From assembly GCA_947627685.1 (NCBI GenBank), contig CANQWZ010000001.1, forward strand, positions 1-52,198: 52,198 bases of DNA, read 5' to 3'. Shown here piece after piece: positions 28,600 through 38,257 of the stretch. The translations under genes were made by a program, and so were the position numbers. Every line of letters starts with the position of its first letter. Positions within the stretch are counted from its first letter, which is position 1. The notes under the pieces are model-generated. The model was not told the origin of the DNA and ran no database searches. It saw only the letters and a list, made by a program, of their open reading frames with translations. The stretch comes from an uncultured Bacilli bacterium (GTDB lineage Bacteria > Bacillota_I > Bacilli_A > ML615J-28 > CAG-313).

Positions 28600-29865
28600 A
28601 TGCAAGAATTAATGGAATTTTTAAATAACTCATATACATGTTTTCATGCCATTAAAAATGTTGAAAATATGTTAGAAGAAGCAGGCTTTATAAAATTAAA
28701 TGAAGATGAAAAATGGCAAATTGAAGAAGGTAAAAATTACTACACCATAAGAAATTCATCAAGCCTTATTGCTTTTAAAATACCTTTTAAACAAAATATA
28801 AAAGGTTTTAACGTGGTTGCCACCCATAGTGATAGTCCTTGTTTTAAAATTAAACCTAACGCCAGTATGATTGATACTAAAAATGATTTTACCACTTTAA
28901 ATGTTGAAGGTTATGGGGGAATGATTAATTATACATGGTTTGATCGGCCTTTAGGTGTTGCGGGGAGAATATTTGTTGAAGATGATCATAAAATAAAAGA
29001 AGTACTTATTGATACAAACGAAACCCTAGTCATACCAAGTCTTGCCATTCATCTTACAAGAGGTGATGATATTAGTTTTAATCATCAAGTTGATTTACAG
29101 CCTTTATTAGGTTCAAGTAATGCATCTTTTGATAGGCTACTTAGTCAATATGTAAATTGTAAAAAAGTTTTAGCAACTGATCTTTTCTTATATAATAAGG
29201 AAAAGGCCACATTAATTGGCGCAAGCAATGAATACTTACTTGCACCAAGACTTGATGATTTAGAATGCGTTTATACATCAATTAAAAGTTTGCTTGAAGC
29301 AAGCCCTAAAAATATTGCGATTGCTAGTATTTTTAATAATGAAGAAGTAGGAAGTACATCAGAAAACGGTGCTAATTCCACTTTCTTAACCGATGTATTA
29401 TGCCGCATTTGTAATGCTTTAGGCCTAGATTATCAGTTAATACAATCATCTTCATTTATTGTATCAGCTGATAATGCTCATGCTACCCATCCTAATCATA
29501 GTGAAAAAAGTGATCCTACTAATCGTGTATATATGAATCAAGGAATTGTTATAAAACATCAAGCCTCATTAAGATATACCACGGATGGTTTAAGTGAAGC
29601 TATTTTCAAACAAATTTGCAAGAAGAATAATGTATTATATCAAGACTATACTAATCGTAGTGATCAAAGAGGTGGTAGTACTTTAGGGGCTATTTCACAA
29701 TCTCATCTAAGCATCCCTTCTATTGATATTGGCTTTCCTCAACTTGCAATGCACTCCGTTTTAGAGGTGGCAGGAACCTATGATATTGATGAAATGAAAA
29801 AAGCCTTAAAGGCATTTTTGCAAATGCAATATACCTATAAAAATCAAAATGTTGTTATAGAATAA
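28600..29865 (+). CDS. M18 family aminopeptidase
   Basis: FLNNSYTCFHA, ATHSDSPCFKIKP, FNNEEVGS, ADNAHATHPN, PQLAMHS blocks. ATG 28600 chosen; a TTG at 28588 is closer to the AAAGGA SD and is an alternative start. Confidence 0.8.
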   Translation: MQELMEFLNNSYTCFHAIKNVENMLEEAGFIKLNEDEKWQIEEGKNYYTIRNSSSLIAFKIPFKQNIKGFNVVATHSDSPCFKIKPNASMIDTKNDFTTLNVEGYGGMINYTWFDRPLGVAGRIFVEDDHKIKEVLIDTNETLVIPSLAIHLTRGDDISFNHQVDLQPLLGSSNASFDRLLSQYVNCKKVLATDLFLYNKEKATLIGASNEYLLAPRLDDLECVYTSIKSLLEASPKNIAIASIFNNEEVGSTSENGANSTFLTDVLCRICNALGLDYQLIQSSSFIVSADNAHATHPNHSEKSDPTNRVYMNQGIVIKHQASLRYTTDGLSEAIFKQICKKNNVLYQDYTNRSDQRGGSTLGAISQSHLSIPSIDIGFPQLAMHSVLEVAGTYDIDEMKKALKAFLQMQYTYKNQNVVIE

Positions 29866-29880
29866 TTTCCTATTGAATAC

Positions 29881-29912
29881 AAAAAAGGACCCCTTATTTT
29901 AGGTCCTTTTTT
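29881..29912. terminator. bidirectional terminator
   Basis: AAAAAAGGACC / GGTCCTTTTTT with a 10-nt loop, between convergent genes. Confidence 0.7.
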
Positions 29913-30375
29913 AATTATTAAGATATAACAATATGGCAAATACACATGCTACAATACTCCATAAAACATAAGGTAACAAAAGTAGTGCATGCTTTTTCGA
30001 AAGAAGAAGCGATTCAATTATTGTTAAAGTAATACTAAGAAAACTTAGTAAAGTTACGATATAGCCAAGAAATAGACTTTGTTTTACAAAAAAGAAATAA
30101 GGAAAAGTAAAACTAATAACATAATTAATTGCTAAAAAAATAAGCACTCTAGTAAAATCTTTTTTATTAAAACTTTTTTTATTTTCCATTATATATAAGA
30201 TGAATATTCCCATCAAGATATATATAATACTCCAAACAATTGGGAAAACTTGACTTGGAAGTTTAGGTCCATTAAGCCTATTATAAAAGTCAAGATCACT
30301 TTTAAATAAAAAAGCGGGCAAAAAGTATAAAAACACCACAAATACAAACAATAAAATTCTTTTAATCCATTTCAT
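29911..30375 (-). CDS. tspO: TspO/MBR family tryptophan-rich sensory protein
   Basis: Five TM helices. The FYNRLNGPKLPSQVFPIVWSIIYILMG motif is typical of TspO. 154 aa. Confidence 0.8.
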   Translation of the reverse strand: MKWIKRILLFVFVVFLYFLPAFLFKSDLDFYNRLNGPKLPSQVFPIVWSIIYILMGIFILYIMENKKSFNKKDFTRVLIFLAINYVISFTFPYFFFVKQSLFLGYIVTLLSFLSITLTIIESLLLSKKHALLLLPYVLWSIVACVFAILLYLNN

Positions 30376-30524
30376 AAAATATATACCTCTTAGTATGATT
30401 ATATGTAAAAAGCTTAAAATTATGATTATAATTTTTAAGAATAAATAAAAAATTAACTAAAACTATTTAAAAAATAAAGAATCTATGATATAATATAACA
30501 AAAAAAATGTGAAAGGAGCATATA

Positions 30525-32843
30525 ATGAAAAAATTAAAAGGGTTAGTTATTATAACAATTTTATTAAGTTTTATCATGCTAGGTTTTACATCTACTATTA
30601 AAGATGTAAAAGCTGAAGAATCTAATCTAGTTGCTATGAAAAAACATAATGGTCAAGATTTTACTTATCGTGGCTCAGATGAAAAAGTATATAGATTAGC
30701 AGAATATAATTATCCTACAAGTCAGTTTAGAGCCGTATGGGTTAGTGCTTTTGTAGGTGATATTAGTTCATACAAAAATGAACAAGCTTTTAAGCAAGAA
30801 TTAAATGGTTTACTTGATAATATGGAAAGCTGGGGAATGAATGCTCTTGTTTTCCATGTAAGGACACACAATAATGCCCTTTATAAATCTGAATTAAACC
30901 CACTTGCTTCGTGGTTTAGTAATGTTGATTTCGATACTTTTGATCCTGTTGCTTGGTTAATAGATGAATGTCATGCTCGTGGCATTGAATTTCATGCATG
31001 GCTTAATCCTTACCGAGTGCCTACACCGTCTTCTGGAATTCCATCATACGCGGCAGAACCATTACCAAAAGATAATATTGCGAATAATACTGAATATATT
31101 TTAACAGGAAATAGCAGTATTTTAAATCCTGGTGAACCGGCTGTACGTAATTTTTTAGTTGATACTTGTATGGAACTAATTGAAAATTATGATGTTGATG
31201 CCATTAACTTTGATGATTATTTCTATGTAAATGGTTTAACAGATAAATCCGATGAAGTAACTAGAAGAAAATACAACTTAAAAAATTTATCAGTAGCTGA
31301 TTTTAGAAGAGAAGCAATTGATTTATTTATTGAAGACTTATCTAAACATATTAGAGAATATAATCAGTTAAATAATAAAGCCGTACAACTTGGTATTGCG
31401 CCATCAGGCATATATCGTAATGGTGGTTATGTAAAAGAACCTACATATGATAATAATGGTAATTTAACTAATCCTATTGCTTCAAACACAGCGGGTATGG
31501 AACATTATGGTGGTTATTTATATGCGGACACATTAAACTGGATTAATCACGAATGGATAGACTATATTATGCCTCAACTTTACTGGGCAACCGAACATGA
31601 TGTGGCAAGTTTTGTTGAACTTACCAAATGGTGGAGTTGGGCTGTTAAAAATAAAAAAGTTAATTTCTATGCAGGACTTGGTATATATATGGCTCTATCT
31701 ACAACAGGTAGTGGTCAGTACTGGCAATATAATGACGATGAAATCCAAAGGCAATTATTAAATGCCGGTCAATATAAAGAATTTGGTGGTGCTTGTTTTT
31801 ATAAATATGCATCATTACTTAATACAAGTAATAAAGTTATTAAAAATGCCATTGATTTGATTTCTAATGATTACTGGTCTAAAAGAGTTCCCGCAGCCGT
31901 AAGTAAATATTATGCACCATTAATTGAAGAAGTTGCACCAACAAATGTAATATATGATAGCACAACTAGTAGTATTAAATTTGATGTAGTTGATAATGCA
32001 AGAGGTTATATGATTTATCAAGTGCCAAAAGGTGAGGCTCTTGATAAAAATAATATTAATCATGTATATGAATACACTACTAAAAATAGTATTAGTATCA
32101 CTAATATTGATGATTATAATTATTATGTCGCATCCGTTAATAAAGCCAATGAAACAAGCGAAGTAGTCTTAGTTAATACAAGTCAAAGTTATCAAGAGGC
32201 TTGTCAAGAAATTGATGATTATGTAGCATCCCTAGATTTTAACACCAAAGAAATGACAAAAATTAAAGCGATGGCTGAAGATGCGAAAGGTTCAATTAGC
32301 GCCATGACAAGCCAAGATGCAATTAATAGTGCTATTAATGATTTTATCAGTGAAGTAGTTAATTATCATGAAGGCTTAGAAAGCGCAAGAAGAGGTGCAC
32401 AAACAGCCTTAGAAAATTTAGTTTTAACTAGTTATTCTGATGCTCAAAAAGAAGTTATTGAAGATATTATTTCAGATACTATGAATCAAATAAAAGCAAG
32501 TGCTGATGAAGATGAAATTAATACTTTAAAAAATACTGGTATAGATAGCATTAATGAATATATTACATCTTTAAATGCTTATATTTTGGATGCTAAAACT
32601 ACTTTAAGTAAAAAAGATGCCTCTACCAAAGAAGCTAAAGATTATCTTGATGAAATTACTAAAAAAATAGAGGCTGCCTCATCTAAAGAAGAAATTGATG
32701 AACTTCTTAGTAGTGTAGATAGTAAACTAGCCGAATTTAGTGATAAAAATACTTGCGCAAGTTGTAACAAGCAGACAATTATATATATGTTTTTACTTAC
32801 CGTTTTTACCCCACTAGTTATCTATTTAATTAGAAAGCATTAA
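30525..32843 (+). CDS. glycoside-hydrolase-like GHL10 (DUF187/YngK-type) surface protein with helical stalk repeats and a C-terminal TM anchor
   Basis: Signal peptide. FRAVWVSAF..NALVFHVRTHNNALYKSELNP..HAWLNPYRV core. Fn3-like segment. DUF1542/FIVAR-like helical repeats (..DAINSAINDFISEV.., ..EINTLKNTGIDSINEYI..). Terminal hydrophobic helix plus RKH. Confidence 0.7.
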   Translation: MKKLKGLVIITILLSFIMLGFTSTIKDVKAEESNLVAMKKHNGQDFTYRGSDEKVYRLAEYNYPTSQFRAVWVSAFVGDISSYKNEQAFKQELNGLLDNMESWGMNALVFHVRTHNNALYKSELNPLASWFSNVDFDTFDPVAWLIDECHARGIEFHAWLNPYRVPTPSSGIPSYAAEPLPKDNIANNTEYILTGNSSILNPGEPAVRNFLVDTCMELIENYDVDAINFDDYFYVNGLTDKSDEVTRRKYNLKNLSVADFRREAIDLFIEDLSKHIREYNQLNNKAVQLGIAPSGIYRNGGYVKEPTYDNNGNLTNPIASNTAGMEHYGGYLYADTLNWINHEWIDYIMPQLYWATEHDVASFVELTKWWSWAVKNKKVNFYAGLGIYMALSTTGSGQYWQYNDDEIQRQLLNAGQYKEFGGACFYKYASLLNTSNKVIKNAIDLISNDYWSKRVPAAVSKYYAPLIEEVAPTNVIYDSTTSSIKFDVVDNARGYMIYQVPKGEALDKNNINHVYEYTTKNSISITNIDDYNYYVASVNKANETSEVVLVNTSQSYQEACQEIDDYVASLDFNTKEMTKIKAMAEDAKGSISAMTSQDAINSAINDFISEVVNYHEGLESARRGAQTALENLVLTSYSDAQKEVIEDIISDTMNQIKASADEDEINTLKNTGIDSINEYITSLNAYILDAKTTLSKKDASTKEAKDYLDEITKKIEAASSKEEIDELLSSVDSKLAEFSDKNTCASCNKQTIIYMFLLTVFTPLVIYLIRKH

Positions 32844-32847
32844 AAAA

Positions 32848-32877
32848 ATACTGCACACATAAATGTGCAGTATTTTC
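32848..32877 (+). terminator. intrinsic terminator
   Basis: ATACTGCACA / TGTGCAGTAT 10-bp stem, 6-nt loop, then TTTT. Confidence 0.75.
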
Positions 32878-32974
32878 ACACTTATTTTGTGCAGCCTTTG
32901 CACATTTATTTTGAGCAGTCTTTTTTAAGTATTTTTAACTACATAATGTTATAATAAAATAAGAGGGTATATAT

Positions 32975-33697
32975 ATGCGATTAGATAAATTTTTAACATC
33001 TTGTTATCTTGGAACACGTAAAGAAGTAAAACAAATACTAAAACAAAAAAGAATAAAGGTAAATGATATAATTGTTACAAGTGAAGATGCTAATATAGTA
33101 ACTAAAAAAGATGTCATAAAACTAGATGATAAAATCTTAAATTACCGAGAAAACTATTATTTTCTTCTAAACAAACCCCAAGGTTATGTAACATCAACCG
33201 TAGATGAGGCATCACCGTCGGTAATGCAACTTTTTAATGATTTAAATCCCCTCTTAAAGAAAGACCTTTTTCCAGTAGGCAGGCTTGATAAGGATACTGA
33301 GGGTATGTTAATCATTACAACAGATGGCAACCTAGCCCATCAACTAACATCTCCTAAAAAGCATGTTAAAAAAGTTTATTATGTGGAATATGAAGGTAAT
33401 CTTTCACCTAGTAAATTAGCAAAGTTAAAAACTGGATTAGTAGATGAAAAAGGAGAACCCTTTTTGCCCGCCTCATTAAAACAAATAGATAGTAATAGTT
33501 GTTATTTAACTATTAGTGAAGGTAAGTACCACCAAGTAAAAAGAATGATTCATCTTTTAGGAGGATGCCTTACCTATTTAAAAAGAGTCCAAATTGGTTC
33601 TTTGATGCTACCTACTAGTTTAGAAAAAGGAAAATATATCGTTTTAACAAACAAAGACATTAATAAAATTTTAGATAATGAGGACCTTTATTTATGA
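32975..33697 (+). CDS. rsuA: 16S rRNA pseudouridine synthase RsuA-like
   Basis: MRLDKFL.. S4 N-terminus, GRLDKDTEGMLIITTDG, EGKYHQVKRM. The TGA stop overlaps the next ATG (ATGA). Confidence 0.85.
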   Translation: MRLDKFLTSCYLGTRKEVKQILKQKRIKVNDIIVTSEDANIVTKKDVIKLDDKILNYRENYYFLLNKPQGYVTSTVDEASPSVMQLFNDLNPLLKKDLFPVGRLDKDTEGMLIITTDGNLAHQLTSPKKHVKKVYYVEYEGNLSPSKLAKLKTGLVDEKGEPFLPASLKQIDSNSCYLTISEGKYHQVKRMIHLLGGCLTYLKRVQIGSLMLPTSLEKGKYIVLTNKDINKILDNEDLYL

Positions 33698-34410
33698 AAA
33701 CTATTTTATTCGATCTTGATGGTACTTTATTACCAATGGATCAAGAAATTTTTACTAATACTTATTTTAAACTGCTTAGTGCCAAAATGCAAAATTATGG
33801 CTACGAACCAAGTCAGTTAATTAAAGCTGTTTGGCAGGGGACTTTTGCAATGGTTACTAATGATGGTAAAAAAACTAATGAAGAAGTTTTTTGGGATGTT
33901 TTTTCTAGCATCTTTGGTAATAAAGTTTACCGTGATAAAGAACTTATTGATAGTTTTTATAGCCAAGAATTTAATCAAATCCAAAAAGTATGTGGTTATA
34001 GTGAAAAAACAAGATGGCTTATTGATGAGATTAAAAAATTAAATGCCCCTATTGTCCTTGCTACAAATCCTATTTTTCCACGTCTTGCGCAAGAAAATAG
34101 AATCAAATGGGCAGGTCTTGACCCTTGTGACTTTATTTATTATACATCTTATGAAAATATGCATTACTCTAAACCTAATTTAAAATATTATCAAGAAATC
34201 TTAACAAAGTTATCACTAAATGCAAGTGATGTTATTATGGTTGGTAACGATGTAGATGAAGATATGGTCGCAAAAGAACTCGGCATTGAGGTTTTTTTAC
34301 TAACTCCTTGTTTAATTAATAAAAGCCACCAAGATATAAATAATTATCCACATGGTGACTTTGATGATTTATTTTTATTTATTAAGGGGAAACTCCTTGA
34401 TAAAAATTGA
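33694..34410 (+). CDS. HAD-superfamily hydrolase
   Basis: Motif I FDLDGTL. Later ATNP, KPN and GNDVDED motifs. Confidence 0.8.
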   Translation: MKTILFDLDGTLLPMDQEIFTNTYFKLLSAKMQNYGYEPSQLIKAVWQGTFAMVTNDGKKTNEEVFWDVFSSIFGNKVYRDKELIDSFYSQEFNQIQKVCGYSEKTRWLIDEIKKLNAPIVLATNPIFPRLAQENRIKWAGLDPCDFIYYTSYENMHYSKPNLKYYQEILTKLSLNASDVIMVGNDVDEDMVAKELGIEVFLLTPCLINKSHQDINNYPHGDFDDLFLFIKGKLLDKN

Positions 34411-34893
34411 TGGATGAAGATGTAAATTGGAAAAAATATACATCAGTAAATATTTTTTAAAAGGTTTGTAGAGAACTTTAATTTTATGCTTTTTACTCAA
34501 AAATAAAGCTCTTTCTAACATATTAAAAAATAGTTCATCATTTTCTTTTGAAAAGTTATTATCCTTAAAAGCTTTTTCCCATATATATATTAAAAGCTCA
34601 TCAATATCAAGATTTACTACATCAGCATCAATTGTTTTGGCTTGTTCTTGATAAGGTTTTTTGAGCTTTTTTTCTTTTTTAGAAAGGGGTACAGGATCAT
34701 ATATTTTATGACTTAAGGGGTTGCATCTTAAAATACGATAGCCGGTTAAAAAAGAGGCCTTAATAAAATTAAATTTTTGATAACATTCAAGCCCATAATT
34801 AGAACAACTAGGAATATGTCTACAGCGGTGCGGACGATCCTCTTTTTGATAGGCTTTGATTAATTTGATAGCAAGTTTATTTATGAAAAACAT
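34375..34893 (-). CDS. yidD: membrane protein insertion efficiency factor YidD with a ~100-aa C-terminal extension
   Basis: YQKEDRPHRCRHIPSCSNYGLECYQKFNFIKASFLTGYRILRCNP is the YidD core. SD AGGTGA. The 3' end overlaps the convergent HAD gene by 36 nt. Confidence 0.75.
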   Translation of the reverse strand: MFFINKLAIKLIKAYQKEDRPHRCRHIPSCSNYGLECYQKFNFIKASFLTGYRILRCNPLSHKIYDPVPLSKKEKKLKKPYQEQAKTIDADVVNLDIDELLIYIWEKAFKDNNFSKENDELFFNMLERALFLSKKHKIKVLYKPFKKYLLMYIFSNLHLHPSIFIKEFPLNK

Positions 34894-34981
34894 TTTATCA
34901 CCTAAAATAATTATAACAAATTTTTTAATCTTTTTTTAAAACATTGCGTATAAACTTATAAAAAATAAAAAAAATAATAAT

Positions 34982-35554
34982 ATGTTAAAATACTTTATTA
35001 TTTTTCTAACTATTCTTCTTATCATAAATTTAATTTTATTTATTAATATTGAGGCAAGAATTATCAAAAAAAATAATGAACCCTTACTATTAATAATAAG
35101 AGTCTTTAATAAAACTATTTATAAAATGCATCTTGTTAAAAAACAACACTCCTCTACCTTCAAATTTAAACTATCATATTTATTTGAAAGTGATTTGAAT
35201 ATCGTTTTAAAAGATTTAAAAGAAGAAAATTTTTTGGTATATTTAATTTTAGAATATGGTAATATTAAAAAAGTAACCCTTATTCCTACTTTTAATAGTT
35301 CTAACCCTTTAATAATGCCACATCTTGCTTTTTTAGACTGGATGATTGTATCGGTTGTCAAAAAGTATCTTGACGCAAGTTTTAAGTATGTAAATGATGA
35401 TTATTATCAAATAATGTTACTAAAAGATGATAAGCAAGAAATTAATTTGGAAATATATATAACAGTTAGTCTATTTTGGTTAGTTGTTGCCATAGTTAAA
35501 AAATTTAAAGTATTTTTAAAATTATTCAAAAAACAAGGAGAAACAAATGAATAA
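34982..35554 (+). CDS. YtfI-like (DUF2953) membrane protein
   Basis: N-terminal TM helix, about 190 aa. Sits immediately upstream of and overlapping ytfJ, as in the Bacillus ytfI-ytfJ pair. The call rests mostly on context. Confidence 0.45.
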   Translation: MLKYFIIFLTILLIINLILFINIEARIIKKNNEPLLLIIRVFNKTIYKMHLVKKQHSSTFKFKLSYLFESDLNIVLKDLKEENFLVYLILEYGNIKKVTLIPTFNSSNPLIMPHLAFLDWMIVSVVKKYLDASFKYVNDDYYQIMLLKDDKQEINLEIYITVSLFWLVVAIVKKFKVFLKLFKKQGETNE

Positions 35555-35909
35555 TATAATTGATTTATTAGATAGTTCCGTTAATAAAATTAAGTCAATG
35601 GTTGATGTTAATGTTGTAATGGGTAAAATGGTAACTTTCAATAATGTTTCGGTAATTCCCATATCAAAAGTTAAATGTGGTTTTGTTAGTGGGGGAATTG
35701 ACCAAAAAGAAACCTTAGATACTAAGAAAAATCCTTTTGGTGGCGCAAGCGGTGGTACAATGAGTCTTAGTCCTATTGCCTTTTTGGTTATTTTAGAAAA
35801 TGATGCGAAAATACTCCATTTAGATGAAAGCTCACATATTTTAGAAAATTTAATTGATTTAATTCCTGATACCATTAATAAATTAACATCTTTAATTAAG
35901 AAAAATTAA
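35547..35909 (+). CDS. ytfJ: GerW/YtfJ family sporulation-associated protein
   Basis: VSVIPISKVKCGFVSGG...GGASGGTMSLSPIAFLVI pattern. 120 aa. Confidence 0.8.
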   Translation: MNNIIDLLDSSVNKIKSMVDVNVVMGKMVTFNNVSVIPISKVKCGFVSGGIDQKETLDTKKNPFGGASGGTMSLSPIAFLVILENDAKILHLDESSHILENLIDLIPDTINKLTSLIKKN

Positions 35910-35998
35910 TAAAAAGTAAAAATAAAAAGAAACAAGATAAATTCTTTTTATTTTCTTTTTTTATATGGTATAATATCTAAAAAGCATAAGAGGTGTTT

Positions 35999-37203
35999 AT
36001 GAAAAAAGTAGCAATTATTGGTGCAGGACCAGCCGGTATTATGGCTTCTATTAAACTTAAAGAACTTACCAAAGGAAAACTAGAGGTAATACTAATTGAA
36101 AAAACAAGTCGGATTGGTAAAAAATTTTAATAAGTGGTAATGGCAAATGCAATTTAAGCAATTTAGATATGACTAATAATATTTTTTATAATAATAACTT
36201 TGCGAAAAACATTTTTAATAATTATGGGCCTCAAGATTTACAAAATGATCTTTTAAAAATGGGCATCTTTACACAAGCAGATAGTGCAGGTCGCATTTAT
36301 CCTTTGACTTTTACTGCGACAACAATTTTAGACATGTTACTTATGCAACTTCAAAAAAACAATGTCAAAATTTATGTAGATACCAAAGTCGAAGATGTAA
36401 AGGTTATAAATGAGCAAATTTATATATATACCAATAAAGAATCATTTATCGTAAGTGATGTAATTTTTGCGACCGGTGGGCTTGCATATTCTATGCTAGG
36501 ATCAAATACTGATGGATATAGCCTTTTATCTAATTTAGGTGTTAAAATAACTAAATTAAAACCAGGACTAGTTGGTCTAAAAACTAGTATTGATGATGTT
36601 AAGGGTTTAGAAGGAATTAGACAAAAAGCAAATGTTTCTTTACTTAAAAAGGGCAAGGTTGTTTTTTCAGAAGTTGGTGAAATACAATTTAAAAAAGATG
36701 GTATTAGTGGTATCGTAGTTATGAATGCTTCTAGTATTATGGCAAGGCAAAATGATGATTTGCAATTAAGGGTTGATTTTTTATCCTCTTTTAAGAGTGA
36801 TGAGATAATAGAAAAATTAACATATATCAAAAAACTAAATCCAAGTATATCTTTTGAGGACCTTTCACATGGCATATTGCCAAAAGCCTTAGCTACTAAA
36901 CTTTGTCATAAACTTAAAGATAATTTGACAATTGCATCTTTTGTGCGCCTTGCGAAAAACTATGAAATAAAAGTTATATCAGATTATGGTTTTGCAAACG
37001 CCCAAGTTACCGTAGGAGGCGTTATGATTGATGAAGTAGATGAACATTTTGCTTTAAAAAAGAACAATCATATATATGTAATAGGTGAACTACTTGATGT
37101 TGATGGCCTTTGTGGTGGATACAATATGCACTTTGCCATGGCATCAGGGGTAAATGTTGCTATGTTTTTAGCACGAAAGTTAGGTGAAGAAAGTTATGAG
37201 TAA
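35999..37203 (+). pseudogene. HI0933/YhiN (BaiN)-type NAD(P)/FAD flavoprotein, frameshifted in an A6 tract (36119-36124)
   Basis: Frame 1 reads MKKVAIIGAGPAGIMAS...IEKTSRIGKKF* (stop 36128-36130). The -1 shifted frame continues (K)ILISGNGKCNLSN... to 37203. One extra A would give GKKILISGNGKCN, the family motif. Confidence 0.75.
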
Positions 37204-38248
37204 AAAAAAGCCTTTAATTAGTAAAGACCTAAATACCAAAAATGATATGATTAATAGAATGGTTGATTTATTTGATGAGGCTATTATGAGTTGTTATTAT
37301 GGTATGATTGATGAAAACAAAGAAAATACCGACGTTACAAACTATGATAAAGAAAAAGGCAGACTCAATTATTATGAGTGTTATATATATATCATAAAAT
37401 ATTTTTTAGAAAAAGAGCCTTTAAAAGTAGATGATGCTACTAAACAAAAAATTGATGATTGTTTAGATGCCTTTTTAATTGATGTTGAAGAAAATGGTAT
37501 TAATACCGAAGAAATCAGAAGAGCTTTATTACTTTTAGATATTAAGGCTTTTAAAAGTATGAACTTTGCTTTAGATATGATTACACCTGATGCGACTAGT
37601 ATTATCATGGCAAGTTTAGTTGATAGCCTTACACCTAATAAAAAAATAATTGAAATGATGGACTTTAATATTGGAGTTGGTAACTTAGTTTATACTATTA
37701 TTAATCATAGTCAAAAAGACTTTAAGTTAATAGGTATTGATAATCATATGCTTTTAGCATCAGTTGCTACTTGTAAAGCCAATATGTTAATGCAAGATGC
37801 TAATATTTATTATGAAGATGCTTTAGCGTATTTACCAAGTAATCTTGATATTATTGTAAGTGACCTTGCTAGTTATGATTATGAAAACGAATATTACCAT
37901 TCTTTTTTATATGATAAAGGTATAAAATATTTTCCCTATCTTGCAATCGAACATTATTTAAAAATACCTAAAAAACTATATGCCATATATTTAATTGAAA
38001 ATACTTTTTTTAGTCAAAAAGGCAGTCAAACATTTTATGAAATGTTAAAAAAAGCAGGTCATATCAAAGCTCTTATAAGCTTACCTGTTAGCTTTTTCCA
38101 AAGTGAAAAAGATGCTAAATCGCTAGTTATTATATCTAACCAGCCTAAAGTAAACGTATCAACCAATATTTTTGTTTTACCACCTCTTGCAAGACAAGAA
38201 GAATTCTTAAAAAAATTAGAAGAAATTACTAACTTTTTAAAAGCGTAA
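37196..38248 (+). CDS. class I SAM-dependent methyltransferase, YtxK-like (N6-adenine MTase-like fold)
   Basis: Motif I-like MDFNIGVGNL and motif IV-like IIVSDLASYDY. The ATG at 37196 overlaps the upstream stop. Confidence 0.6.
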   Translation: MSKKKPLISKDLNTKNDMINRMVDLFDEAIMSCYYGMIDENKENTDVTNYDKEKGRLNYYECYIYIIKYFLEKEPLKVDDATKQKIDDCLDAFLIDVEENGINTEEIRRALLLLDIKAFKSMNFALDMITPDATSIIMASLVDSLTPNKKIIEMMDFNIGVGNLVYTIINHSQKDFKLIGIDNHMLLASVATCKANMLMQDANIYYEDALAYLPSNLDIIVSDLASYDYENEYYHSFLYDKGIKYFPYLAIEHYLKIPKKLYAIYLIENTFFSQKGSQTFYEMLKKAGHIKALISLPVSFFQSEKDAKSLVIISNQPKVNVSTNIFVLPPLARQEEFLKKLEEITNFLKA

Positions 38249-38257
38249 AGGTTTATT

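Noticed and set aside
36420-36875. 151-aa antisense ORF inside the HI0933-type gene. Similar antisense ORFs lie in glyA, trkA, trkH, the rlmI region and the alanine symporter gene.
   Set aside because: These are shadow ORFs opposite well-supported conserved genes, with no translation signals.
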